This document shows positions 24,846 through 33,640 of a stretch of 62,998 nucleotides of DNA, piece by piece. Below the pieces are notes generated by a model. It saw only the letters and a list, made by a program, of their open reading frames with translations, did no database searches and was not told where the DNA came from. The first letter of the stretch is position 1; each line of letters begins with the position of its first letter. The DNA comes from Bacilli bacterium. Lineage in GTDB: Bacteria > Bacillota_I > Bacilli_A > RFN20 > CAG-826. The position numbers were made by a program, and so were the translations under genes. The stretch is from positions 1-62,998 of the forward strand of contig JAFXWB010000002.1 in assembly GCA_017534425.1 (NCBI GenBank). Reading direction: 5' to 3'.

Positions 24846-24977
24846 ATGATAGGATACATACTAGTAACAATAGGATTATGCTTTGTAAGTTATATATTAG
24901 GAATAATAGCAGGAACAAGACATTGTTTTGAATACTTGAAGGAAAAATTAAATGAAGCCAAAAGGAACGAGAAATAG
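24846..24977 (+). CDS. 43-aa single-TM peptide (below the ORF-track cutoff)
   Basis: SD GAGGAG. MIGYILVTIGLCFVSYILGIIAG TM followed by a charged tail. Confidence 0.4.
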   Translation: MIGYILVTIGLCFVSYILGIIAGTRHCFEYLKEKLNEAKRNEK

Positions 24978-25116
24978 TACAGCCTGTAAAAACTGTATAT
25001 ATTCAGAATTAACTTATTCACCTGTATTAAAAGCCTTAGTTATAACGTGTAATGCAGATATAGATAGATGTGAGGGGTGTAAAAAGGCACGGTCATATTA
25101 TAAGAATACTGATTAA
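24952..25116 (+). CDS. 54-aa Cys-rich peptide (below the ORF-track cutoff)
   Basis: SD GAAGGA. CKNC...C...CEGC. Confidence 0.35.
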   Translation: MKPKGTRNSTACKNCIYSELTYSPVLKALVITCNADIDRCEGCKKARSYYKNTD

Positions 25117-25173
25117 GTTTACATTTTATACATAAAAACTATATATTAAGTATATTTATTTAAGGAGGATTAT

Positions 25174-26250
25174 ATGGAACTTTCAATTAAAACATTAGAG
25201 TTGCAAGAAATGGTAGACAAAGTGGGAACATGTGTTAGTAATAATAAACTTATCCCACTTACATCATTATTAAGTATTGGTGTAAAAGACAAGCATCTAG
25301 TATTAACTGCTACTGATGCTACAAACTATTTTTATTCTTTAAGTAAATCAGAAGTTGATTGTGAAGATTTTGAAATTGCGGTAATTGCTGATTTGTTTAT
25401 TAAACTTATTCAGAAAATGACTTCTGAAAATATCACTATTACAGTAGATGAAAGTGTTAAGGTAAAAGGTAATGGTAATTATACACTTGCACTTATTTTA
25501 GATGAAAATGGTGGTAACATTAAATTTCCTAAAAAGTTTAGTCTTGATGAATTTAGAAATGATGGTGGTACATTAAAATTAACAACAATTAACACTATTT
25601 TGAATTATAATAAGCCATCACTTGCCACAAGTTTATCATTACCTGCACTTACTATGTATTATTGTGGCGATAAAGTAATTACTTCTGATAGATCAAAAAT
25701 GTGTTCTACACAAGTGAAAACATTCGATAAACCATATTTGATTTCTGCGAAACTAATGGAATTGTTAAGTAAAATGTCTGATGAAGATATTATGGTACTT
25801 ACAACTGATAAAGACTTAATATTTAGAACATCAAATGAGCTGATATATTCACCGATTGCAGACGGTATTGAAACTTTCCCTGTTAAAGTACTTGATGATT
25901 TAAGTACAAGTGCATTTCCATCAACTTGTAAAGTATCAAGGTCAGCTGTTGTAGAGGTACTTGATAGACTTGCATTGTTTGTTTCCGCATATGATAAAAA
26001 GGTAATAACACTTACATTTACACGTGATGGAATAATGTTTAGCAGTAAAAATTCTGATGGTGTTGAATTGATACCTTATATTTCAAGTACTGATTTTAAA
26101 GATTATCAATGTAGTTTAGATGTTGAAATGCTTAAATCACAAATTGCAACTCAATCAGAAGATGCTATTGAAATTGCATATGGCTCAGAAGTTGCGGTTA
26201 AATTGATATTGAATAATGTTATCCAAATTATAGCACTTGCGGAGGAATAA
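25174..26250 (+). CDS. dnaN: DNA polymerase III beta-type sliding clamp
   Basis: 358 aa, SD AAGGAGG. The N-terminus (LIPLTSLLSIGVKDKHLVLTATDATNYF) and the three-domain length are typical of DnaN. Confidence 0.7.
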   Translation: MELSIKTLELQEMVDKVGTCVSNNKLIPLTSLLSIGVKDKHLVLTATDATNYFYSLSKSEVDCEDFEIAVIADLFIKLIQKMTSENITITVDESVKVKGNGNYTLALILDENGGNIKFPKKFSLDEFRNDGGTLKLTTINTILNYNKPSLATSLSLPALTMYYCGDKVITSDRSKMCSTQVKTFDKPYLISAKLMELLSKMSDEDIMVLTTDKDLIFRTSNELIYSPIADGIETFPVKVLDDLSTSAFPSTCKVSRSAVVEVLDRLALFVSAYDKKVITLTFTRDGIMFSSKNSDGVELIPYISSTDFKDYQCSLDVEMLKSQIATQSEDAIEIAYGSEVAVKLILNNVIQIIALAEE

Positions 26251-26256
26251 TTACAT

Positions 26257-27045
26257 ATGGCAAGGAGTAAGGCACTTTTAAATGTACTTAACCTTGTAAA
26301 CACTCAAGAACTGCCAATAGAAAAGCAGTTCTTGAATGATTTAAAGGCAAGTATTGAATTGCAAGATGTGAAAAATTCACGTAAACCGAGCCAAACATAT
26401 AAACCCAGTTCATTACATTGTATTAGAAATATGGAATATCAGAGGATGGGTGTACCACTTCTAGGTTATAGAACAAGTAATGAATTGATTGGTATATGTG
26501 AAAGTGGGACTGATAGGCATGAGAGATTGCAAGAGGCTTGTATTGCTATGAAAGCTAATAACATTGACTGTGAATATATCAATGTAGCCGAATACGTCAA
26601 GCAACGCAAACTTGATTACTTAGAGGTGGTTAGTCAACAAGGTAATGAAACAAAGTTGTTTCATAAAGGATTAAATATGAGTTTCCTTTGTGATGGTATT
26701 ATCAAGTATAAAGGTCATTATTACATTTTAGAAATTAAAACTGAAACTTCAAGTAAGTGGTGGGAAAGACAGGGAGTAAATCCAGACCATATATTACAAG
26801 GTACTGCATATTCAGAAGCTCTTAAAATAAATGAAGTAATTTTCTTATATGAAAATAGAGATAGTTGTAATAAGAAAGCCTACTTATTAGTTGTAACAGA
26901 GCCGATGCGAGAACGACTTGTAGATAAAATACATGAATGTGAAGAATATGTGGCTAATAACATTATAGCACCTAAACCGTTAGATGTTCCTAAAAAGTAT
27001 TGTGCATACTGTCAATATTCTGAGAGGTGTAAACAAGATGGATAA
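26257..27045 (+). CDS. Cas4/RecB-like PD-(D/E)XK exonuclease with Fe-S Cys cluster
   Basis: CDG...YYILEIKT (D...E.K), N-terminal Cys (LHCIRN), C-terminal CAYCQYSERC. Confidence 0.65.
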   Translation: MARSKALLNVLNLVNTQELPIEKQFLNDLKASIELQDVKNSRKPSQTYKPSSLHCIRNMEYQRMGVPLLGYRTSNELIGICESGTDRHERLQEACIAMKANNIDCEYINVAEYVKQRKLDYLEVVSQQGNETKLFHKGLNMSFLCDGIIKYKGHYYILEIKTETSSKWWERQGVNPDHILQGTAYSEALKINEVIFLYENRDSCNKKAYLLVVTEPMRERLVDKIHECEEYVANNIIAPKPLDVPKKYCAYCQYSERCKQDG

Positions 27046-27054
27046 TGATGAAAT

Positions 27055-27537
27055 ATGGGGGTATACTGCATGGCAGTTAATAGAGGCAAGCAATTTGAGC
27101 AAGTTATAAGAGAAAGTTTTAATAGAGTTCCTAATACTAATGTGACTCGGTTAGCTGATGATATGGGAGGGTTCAAAGGAAAATCTCAGCCTTGTGATTT
27201 TTTAATTTTTCATTCACCTTATTTGTATGCAATAGAATGTAAATCAGTTCATGGTAATACATTTCCGTTATCTAATATAACTGACAATCAGTGGAAGGGG
27301 TTACAGGAAATGTCCACTGTTAATCGTGTTATAGCGGGAGTAATGATATGGTTTATTGATAAAGATGTTACCACATTTTATTCTATTAAAGCATTAAAAT
27401 GGTTTAAAGAACAAGGTGCAAAAAGTATTCGGTTTTCTGATGAATTATTTGGGATAACAATTCGTATGCAAGGTAAAAAGAAACGAGTATTTTTTGAGTA
27501 CGATGCTGAACAATTTTTTAGGGAGGCAGAACAATGA
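27055..27537 (+). CDS. recU: RecU-like Holliday junction resolvase
   Basis: PCDFLIFHSPYLYAIECKSVHGNTFPLSNITDNQWKGL matches the RecU core (D...E.K...FPL.NI..HQ). An alternative start is at 27070. Confidence 0.55.
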   Translation: MGVYCMAVNRGKQFEQVIRESFNRVPNTNVTRLADDMGGFKGKSQPCDFLIFHSPYLYAIECKSVHGNTFPLSNITDNQWKGLQEMSTVNRVIAGVMIWFIDKDVTTFYSIKALKWFKEQGAKSIRFSDELFGITIRMQGKKKRVFFEYDAEQFFREAEQ

Positions 27538-28055
27538 AACTTGAATTAAATGATTTAGAAGTAATTAAACAAAAAAGACAAAAAGTTGAGGTAGACGCAC
27601 ATCAATTAGATGAAATAGTTAGTGATATAACTACACCATATACTAAAGACTTAGATGCGTATGTTGATTTTATTCGTTCTATTTTAACTGATACACAAAA
27701 ACCACCAACAACACAAGAGTTAGATGATTTTTGCATGAATTTGTCTATGTATATTTACTATGCTAGTGGTATGCAAGAGCAGTTAGGTGTTAAAGATGAT
27801 ATTGCAAGGGCATTGTATAAAGAAATGTACCATTCACAACGAGATAGTATTGAAAAAGGGACTATTGCAGATAAAGACAGTATTGCAGAACTAAAAAGTC
27901 AAGAAGAGTATTTAGTCAGTGTTTTGTATAAACATGCTTATAATACTGTAAAAGCAAAAGTGGCATCAGCACAAGAATTACTTTCAAGTATTAAAAAAGT
28001 AATTTCAAGACGAATGGAAGAAATGAACTTAACGCATATTTCAGGAGGAATGTAA
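27534..28055 (+). CDS. Hypothetical helical protein
   Basis: 173-aa ORF with SD GGGAGG upstream. Confidence 0.55.
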   Translation: MKLELNDLEVIKQKRQKVEVDAHQLDEIVSDITTPYTKDLDAYVDFIRSILTDTQKPPTTQELDDFCMNLSMYIYYASGMQEQLGVKDDIARALYKEMYHSQRDSIEKGTIADKDSIAELKSQEEYLVSVLYKHAYNTVKAKVASAQELLSSIKKVISRRMEEMNLTHISGGM

Positions 28056-28234
28056 TGGTTAGGTATTCTGAATGTAAATTAGGATATAAATATGCATTAA
28101 CACAAAAGGGGTTTGAAGAAGGCAGGGTTAGAGCAAAATTTGATACTAATAACAGTAACTATAAGCAGTATTTGCATTATGTACCTACAAAGTGGATACA
28201 AGAAGGTTATGTTGTTGAAGTAAAGGAGAATTAG
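28055..28234 (+). CDS. Hypothetical 59-aa protein (below the ORF-track cutoff)
   Basis: TAATG overlap, SD AGGAGG. MVRYSECKLGYKYALTQKGFEEG... Confidence 0.4.
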   Translation: MVRYSECKLGYKYALTQKGFEEGRVRAKFDTNNSNYKQYLHYVPTKWIQEGYVVEVKEN

Positions 28235-28236
28235 TT

Positions 28237-28335
28237 ATGTTAGTAAATCCGTTTTACATGGGAATTTTTGTAACTTTAGCATGTGAAGCAATACTAATTA
28301 TAGTTGTTGCGATTATTTATGGAAGGAGGAAGTGA
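28237..28335 (+). CDS. 32-aa TM peptide (below the ORF-track cutoff)
   Basis: SD AAAGGAG. MLVNPFYMGIFVTLACEAILIIVVAIIYGRRK. Its stop overlaps the recA ATG. Confidence 0.35.
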   Translation: MLVNPFYMGIFVTLACEAILIIVVAIIYGRRK

Positions 28336-29441
28336 TGTCTAAACTTGATGAAATCGTAAAACAAGTTAATAAAGATTGGAAAGAGAATATAGCATCAAGA
28401 GGTGTAATATGGAAAAAATTACCTAAAATACCATTTACAAGTCCGAGATTAAATTATATGTTGTACGGTGGTATTCAGCGAGGACGTTTACATGAGTTTT
28501 CAGGACCGGAAGGTGGCGGTAAAACATCAACTGCATTAGATTTATGTAAAAATGCTCAAAAGTTGTTTCAAGAGGAATATGCAGAAAAACTGTCTAACGC
28601 AAAAGATGAAAAAGAAAAAGCATTTATTGAAGCAATAGGTCCACAAAAAGTAGTTTACGCTGATTGTGAAAATACACTTGATGAAGATTGGGCAAGGACA
28701 TTAGGTGTTGATGTAGATGGTATGTACATATTGAAACCACAAACACAAGCGGCAGAAGATATATTTCAAATAGTATTAGATATGCTTAATACAGGTGAAT
28801 GTGGTTTAGCTATAATTGATAGTTTGGGTGTTATGATGTCTAAACAAGCATATGAAAAAAGTATGGACGAAAAAACATATGGTGGTATATCAATGCCCCT
28901 TACATTGTTTAGTAAGAAAGCAGAACTTGCCTGTCATAAATATAATGCTACTGTTATCGGTATAAATCAAGAGCGTGCTGATATGAATAATCCTTATGGA
29001 GGTACAACAACACCAGGAGGTATGGGTTGGAAATACAATTGTACAACTAGATTGAGATTTTCAAAAGGTGATTTATTAGATGAAGACGGTAATAAATTAA
29101 CCCGTAGTTCAGAATTTGCAGCCGGGAATCGTGTAATGGTAGGTTTACTTAAACAAAAAGGGGATAAACCTGATAGGCGGTTAAGTTTTTATACATTAAC
29201 CTATAAAAATGGTATTGATGAAATAGCTGATTTGATTGAAGTTGCTCTTAAATATGGCTACATTCAAAAAGGTGGAGCATGGTTTAGTTTTGTTGATATA
29301 GAAACAGGTGAAGTTGTTACCGATGAAGAAGGTAAAGAGATTAAAGTACAAGGGCAATCAAATGTAGCTAAGTTACTTAGAGAAAATGATGTACTACTTG
29401 ATGAATTAAGAGCACAAATTGAAGGAGCAATGAATGGATAA
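28335..29441 (+). CDS. recA: RecA-family recombinase
   Basis: Walker A GPEGGGKTS, Walker B LAIIDSLG, RecA core length. ATG 28335 lies 5 nt after AAGGAGG. Confidence 0.8.
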   Translation: MSKLDEIVKQVNKDWKENIASRGVIWKKLPKIPFTSPRLNYMLYGGIQRGRLHEFSGPEGGGKTSTALDLCKNAQKLFQEEYAEKLSNAKDEKEKAFIEAIGPQKVVYADCENTLDEDWARTLGVDVDGMYILKPQTQAAEDIFQIVLDMLNTGECGLAIIDSLGVMMSKQAYEKSMDEKTYGGISMPLTLFSKKAELACHKYNATVIGINQERADMNNPYGGTTTPGGMGWKYNCTTRLRFSKGDLLDEDGNKLTRSSEFAAGNRVMVGLLKQKGDKPDRRLSFYTLTYKNGIDEIADLIEVALKYGYIQKGGAWFSFVDIETGEVVTDEEGKEIKVQGQSNVAKLLRENDVLLDELRAQIEGAMNG

Positions 29442-29967
29442 ATTATTATTACATAGTTGTTGTGCTCCTTGTAGTAGTGCCATAGTAGAAGAGCTATATA
29501 AACATTTTGATTTGACTTTGTATTACTATAATCCTTGTATAACAGATAAAGACGAGTATTATAAAAGGGCAGATGAATTAAAGAAATTTAGAAATAAAGC
29601 TACTATTATTATCGGTCCACATACACCTAATGCATTTTTTGAAATGGCAAAAGGAATGGAGCATTTTCCTGAAGGTGGTGCTAGATGTAGGTTGTGTTAT
29701 TATCAACGACTTAACAAAACTGCTGCATATGCAAAACAAAATGATTTTAGATATTTTTCTACAACATTAACTATTAGTCCTTATAAGGATTCTGCTACAA
29801 TAAATGCAATAGGTAAACAATGCGGATGGGATAATGATGTAATGTATATGCCTTTTGATTTTGGTTACTTATATATAAAGTCGTTGCAACTATGCAAAGA
29901 ATACAACTTGTATCAGCAAGATTATTGCGGATGCCCATATTCAAAGAATAACTGCACTCAACCTTGA
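29434..29967 (+). CDS. queH: QueH-type (DUF208) epoxyqueuosine reductase homologue
   Basis: LLLHSCCAPCS, YYYNPCI, GGARCRLCYYQRL, FSTTLTISPYK, YQQDYCGCPYS: the QueH Cys pattern. Confidence 0.75.
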   Translation: MDKLLLHSCCAPCSSAIVEELYKHFDLTLYYYNPCITDKDEYYKRADELKKFRNKATIIIGPHTPNAFFEMAKGMEHFPEGGARCRLCYYQRLNKTAAYAKQNDFRYFSTTLTISPYKDSATINAIGKQCGWDNDVMYMPFDFGYLYIKSLQLCKEYNLYQQDYCGCPYSKNNCTQP

Positions 29968-29980
29968 GTGCTTTTATTTT
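29954..29980 (+). terminator. Rho-independent terminator
   Basis: GCACTC / GAGTGC stem followed by TTTT. Overlaps the queH stop. Confidence 0.6.
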
Positions 29981-29985
29981 TATCT

Positions 29986-30014
29986 TTGTAATTTTGAATA
30001 GATTGTGTTACAAT
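29986..30014 (+). promoter_or_regulatory. Family promoter P3
   Basis: TTGTAA, 17-nt spacer TTTTGAATAGATTGTGT, TACAAT (30009-30014). Confidence 0.6.
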
Positions 30015-30058
30015 AAATTCATAATCAAAAAACAAACAATTTTAAGGAGGAAATTTTT

Positions 30059-30448
30059 GTGAAAATTATTACTGTAAGAGAGTCAGAAGCAAATGAAATG
30101 TTAGACAACTTTTTTGAAAATGGTGTATTCACATTTGAAGGGTTGGACTTATCAACAAAAGAAAAAGTTAAAGATTTTACTGTAAACTTTGAAAAAATTG
30201 CAAGAGAAACAGGTTTCACAGGTGATACTTTAGTTGCATATAAAGTTACAGGTGAAATGATGAACAGGCGTTATGAACTTACAGGAGAAAATGCATATGC
30301 AGATGACATAAATATCATATGTATACCGGGATATTACAATTCAGATATGAAACTGAAAATGGGGGCTCGTTGGTTTGATGATGTTTGCTGCTCGAACGCA
30401 ATTCGTGAAAATGCTATAAGGTGTGGTCAAGAACCGGATTTTGGTTGA
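30059..30448 (+). CDS. Hypothetical protein
   Basis: 129 aa. GTG start 8 nt after AAGGAGG. Confidence 0.55.
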   Translation: MKIITVRESEANEMLDNFFENGVFTFEGLDLSTKEKVKDFTVNFEKIARETGFTGDTLVAYKVTGEMMNRRYELTGENAYADDINIICIPGYYNSDMKLKMGARWFDDVCCSNAIRENAIRCGQEPDFG

Positions 30449-30460
30449 AAGGAGTAAACA

Positions 30461-30637
30461 ATGAGTATTGAAAGTAATCAGGTTTATACGTGTTGTATTT
30501 GCGGTGAAACATTTACAGGTTGGGGAAATAATCCTTGGCCCTTAAGTGATAATGAAGATGATAGGTGTTGTGATGATTGTAATAATTCAACAGTACTAAG
30601 CGCAAGATTAGAAATGATGTTTAAAAACAAACAATAA
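30461..30637 (+). CDS. 58-aa zinc-ribbon-like protein (below the ORF-track cutoff)
   Basis: SD AAAGGAG. CCICGE...CCDDC. Confidence 0.45.
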   Translation: MSIESNQVYTCCICGETFTGWGNNPWPLSDNEDDRCCDDCNNSTVLSARLEMMFKNKQ

Positions 30638-30654
30638 GGTAAGGAGAACAACAA

Positions 30655-30882
30655 ATGACTTTAGTAGAATTACATGGTATTATGGGTGATAGAATTAACG
30701 TTACAGTGAATGATGATTTAACACAGGAACAGAGAGAAATTGAAAATGAACAGACTAAAATTATCATCGGTGTAGCAAAGCAGATGATAAACAATGGTAA
30801 GCTTATTCTCGAATATGAAAAAGCTCTTGCTCAGACAAAATCACTTGAACATTCAGTGTTGAAGGATATGATAGGAGAGTAA
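30655..30882 (+). CDS. Hypothetical protein
   Basis: 75-aa ORF with SD AAGGAGA upstream. Confidence 0.55.
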   Translation: MTLVELHGIMGDRINVTVNDDLTQEQREIENEQTKIIIGVAKQMINNGKLILEYEKALAQTKSLEHSVLKDMIGE

Positions 30883-30883
30883 T

Positions 30884-31858
30884 ATGCCTAAAGTAAGAAT
30901 ACTTTTTACACAAGAACAAGATATATGGTTGTATAGTCAAAGTAGGGCAAAAAAGTGGAAAAGTATAGCTGATTTTACAAATGCATTTAATAAAGCGTTC
31001 GGTGTTTCAAAATCACCGGACGCTATTGCAAATCATATGCGTAGGCAAAATATGCCTAAGGTTGATTGTCTTACTACTGATTTTAATAAAGCGTGGTCTA
31101 AAGAATATAGAGAATGGATTGAAAATAATCTTAATACAGGTGTATTTAAAGATAAAAAGCATTTCTTAAAAGTGTTTAATGCGGTCTTTAATGAAACAAA
31201 AACCTTAAATGCATTAACACAATATATGAAGAAAAATAATCTAACACTTAGTACACCATACAATTTAGCACGCTATACTGAAGAACAAGAAGAATGGATA
31301 AAAGAAAATTGCTCTAAGTATGAAGTGTTTGCAGAATTTGTTAAAGACTTTAACCTTAAATTTGGCACAAGTAAATCACATTCAGGATTAACTAGCAAAT
31401 GTGAAAGTTTAGGGTTAAGGTTTTCTAACCCCTCAAGACGCAGGAATAGTGGTAACTTCAAAAAGGGAATAAACTATGGCATAGAAGAATGCCCTATAGG
31501 AACTATACGTCTTAATAAACAAACTAATCTTTATTATATCAAAGTACAGTTGTGCAATGGTATAGCACCAAGAGAGAACGGTCATAATTATAAGGAACCA
31601 TATTGGAAGATGTTGCAGAATAAAATATGGGAAGATAATTATGGTAAAATACCTGATGGGTATATAGCATGTTCATTAACTAATGACCCCTATGAACAAA
31701 ATATTGAGAATATTGCGCTTATAGATAAAAGAGGAAAAAGTGTGATGGGTAGAAAAGAGTGGTGGTCAGATAATGCTAAGTTTACTGCAACAGGTGTTCA
31801 GTGGTGTAATCTGTATTTTACTGCAAAAGACAATGGGGTATTAAGTGATGAAAAATAA
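30884..31858 (+). CDS. HNH_3-like homing-endonuclease-related protein with three Myb/SANT-like N-terminal repeats
   Basis: Three repeats of about 50 aa (W..E...W/I....F...F...F......L...M....). The C-terminal segment KIWEDNYGKIPDGYIACSLTNDPYEQNIENIALID resembles the HNH_3 core, but the first His is replaced. Confidence 0.45.
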   Translation: MPKVRILFTQEQDIWLYSQSRAKKWKSIADFTNAFNKAFGVSKSPDAIANHMRRQNMPKVDCLTTDFNKAWSKEYREWIENNLNTGVFKDKKHFLKVFNAVFNETKTLNALTQYMKKNNLTLSTPYNLARYTEEQEEWIKENCSKYEVFAEFVKDFNLKFGTSKSHSGLTSKCESLGLRFSNPSRRRNSGNFKKGINYGIEECPIGTIRLNKQTNLYYIKVQLCNGIAPRENGHNYKEPYWKMLQNKIWEDNYGKIPDGYIACSLTNDPYEQNIENIALIDKRGKSVMGRKEWWSDNAKFTATGVQWCNLYFTAKDNGVLSDEK

Positions 31859-32195
31859 AAAAGCAACTAGGTATTTTAGTTCAACTCAAGAGAAAAAAGT
31901 AGCTAAAGCGGTTAAAGGGAAAACAGTTTCAAACAGCGGGGCGCCACTTTTTGTTGCTGGCGATGTACAATCTGATAATTGGCTGTTTGAATGTAAGACT
32001 AAAACAAGTGATAGTCAATCAATATCAATAAAAAAAGAATGGCTGGAAAAACTTGAAGAAGAAAAGTTTGCAATGGGTAAAGAACATTGTGCATTATGTT
32101 TTGATTTTGGTGTTTTACAAAATAGTGAAAGATACTATATATTAAACGAAAAAACATTTAAGTATTTTTTACGATTGGAGGAACAAGATGAATAA
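31845..32195 (+). CDS. PD-(D/E)XK nuclease-fold protein
   Basis: 116 aa. AGDVQSDNWLFECKTK (D...E.K) core. Confidence 0.4.
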   Translation: MMKNKKATRYFSSTQEKKVAKAVKGKTVSNSGAPLFVAGDVQSDNWLFECKTKTSDSQSISIKKEWLEKLEEEKFAMGKEHCALCFDFGVLQNSERYYILNEKTFKYFLRLEEQDE

Positions 32196-32406
32196 ACATC
32201 AATTAGTTAAAGAACATCTGATAAAACATGGTAGTATCACAAGTTGGGAAGCAATACAGAAGTACGGTGCAACACGATTGTCTGCAATTATCTTCAATTT
32301 GCGTAAACATGGTTATGATATTGATACTATAATGCGTGAAGAAAGTGATAGATATGGTAATACTTGTCAGTATGCTAATTATGTTTTGAAAGGGATTGAA
32401 AAATGA
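32188..32406 (+). CDS. Small winged-helix DNA-binding protein
   Basis: 72 aa. GSITSWEAIQKYGATRLSAIIFNLRKHGYDI. Confidence 0.45.
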   Translation: MNKHQLVKEHLIKHGSITSWEAIQKYGATRLSAIIFNLRKHGYDIDTIMREESDRYGNTCQYANYVLKGIEK

Positions 32407-32936
32407 GTGAAGCATTAGCTATTAAATATCGTCCTAAAACATTTGATGATGTTACAGAACAAGGCGCAATTAAAACTATATTAGAGCAACAATTAAAAAG
32501 TAATGATATTAAGCATGGTTATTTGTTTTGTGGACCTTCGGGCTGTGGGAAGACAACAGCAGCCAGGATATTTGCAAATGAAATTAACAAAGGAAAAGGT
32601 TCACCAATTGAACTTGATGCTGCAAGTAATAATAGCGTGGATGATATTAGGGAAATGACGGAAGAAGCGCAAAGGCGTTCATTAGATAGTGATTATAAGA
32701 TTTTTATTTTGGACGAGGCGCACATGATAACACCACAAGGATTTAATGCGTTTTTGAAAACACTTGAAGAACCACCTGCAATGACTATATTCATCATGTG
32801 TACAACTGACCCAGAACGTATACCTAAAACCATTTTGAGCCGAGTTCAGCGTTACAATTTTCAGAAAATAAGTACGCAAGGTATTGTGAATAGGTTGACT
32901 TATATACTTGAGCAGGAAGGTTATACTTGTGAATAA
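32403..32936 (+). CDS. dnaX: Clamp-loader large subunit (DnaX-like), N-terminal AAA+ fragment
   Basis: YRPKTFDDV, Walker A GPSGCGKTT, Walker B FILDEAHM, LEEPP, TILSRVQRY. The homology stops at ...LEQEG, followed by 4 non-homologous residues and a stop. Confidence 0.85.
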   Translation: MSEALAIKYRPKTFDDVTEQGAIKTILEQQLKSNDIKHGYLFCGPSGCGKTTAARIFANEINKGKGSPIELDAASNNSVDDIREMTEEAQRRSLDSDYKIFILDEAHMITPQGFNAFLKTLEEPPAMTIFIMCTTDPERIPKTILSRVQRYNFQKISTQGIVNRLTYILEQEGYTCE

Positions 32937-33640
32937 TTACATTGTCTATAAGCATACAAGTCCTTCAAATAAAGTGTATATAGGAATAACTTGTAGGACT
33001 ATGCAAACTCGAGCTGGAAAAGATGGTGTAGGTTATTTTGGTAATGAATATTTTAAGAGAGCAATTCAGAAATATGGATGGGATAATTTTAAGCATGAAG
33101 TATTGTATGAAAACCTCACTAAACAACAAGCTTGTGATAAAGAAATAGAGCTGATATCTAAATATAAATCTACGAATGAAAGATTTGGGTATAATATTTG
33201 TGCTGGTGGTGAAGGTAGGTTAGAAAGTAAGCAATCAGAAGAAACCAAGAAGAAAATATCGGAAGCATCGAAAAAACATTGGGCAAATCCTGAAACTCGG
33301 CAAAAAATAATTGAAAGTCTTAAAGGAAGGGAAGTTTCAGAGGAAACTAAAAATAAAATAAAGGAAGCTAAGATAGGTAAATATGTACCGCCGGAAGTAG
33401 GAAGAAAAATAAGCGAAACCAAGAAGGGTAAACATCCGTGGAATTATGGTAAAAAGTGTGGCCCACGTTCTTAAGAAACTAAAGCAAAAATTAGTGCTTA
33501 TAATAAGGGAAAAACAATATCGGACGAACAGAAACAAGCCATTAGTAAAAAACTTAAGGGTCGTGAAATTACTCCGGAACATCGAGCCAAAATTAGTGCA
33601 ACTTTGAAAGCACGAAATGCAGAGAGGAGGAAGCGGAATG
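32922..33640 (+). mobile_element. Free-standing GIY-YIG homing endonuclease insertion that splits the dnaX-like gene
   Basis: The 719-nt intervening sequence sits between in-frame dnaX homology blocks and is almost entirely occupied by the endonuclease reading frame. Confidence 0.6.
32929..33474 (+). CDS. GIY-YIG homing endonuclease with NUMOD3 repeats (in-frame TAA at 33472; frame stays open to 33651)
   Basis: GTG 32929 lies 8 nt after AGGAAGG. YIVYKHTSPSNKVYIGIT, R...H, FGYNICAGGEG, followed by NUMOD3-like repeats. Three more repeats follow the TAA in the same frame. Confidence 0.7.
   Translation: MNNYIVYKHTSPSNKVYIGITCRTMQTRAGKDGVGYFGNEYFKRAIQKYGWDNFKHEVLYENLTKQQACDKEIELISKYKSTNERFGYNICAGGEGRLESKQSEETKKKISEASKKHWANPETRQKIIESLKGREVSEETKNKIKEAKIGKYVPPEVGRKISETKKGKHPWNYGKKCGPRS

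Noticed and set aside
32922-33640. A group I intron (with a GIY-YIG ORF) interrupting the dnaX-like gene. Exon 1 would end in U and the insert in G, and the join would be in frame.
   Set aside because: The 719-nt insert is occupied almost end to end by the endonuclease reading frame, leaving no room for a ribozyme core of about 200 nt or more. The downstream fragment also has its own strong SD and ATG. A split gene is therefore more likely. RT-PCR would settle it.
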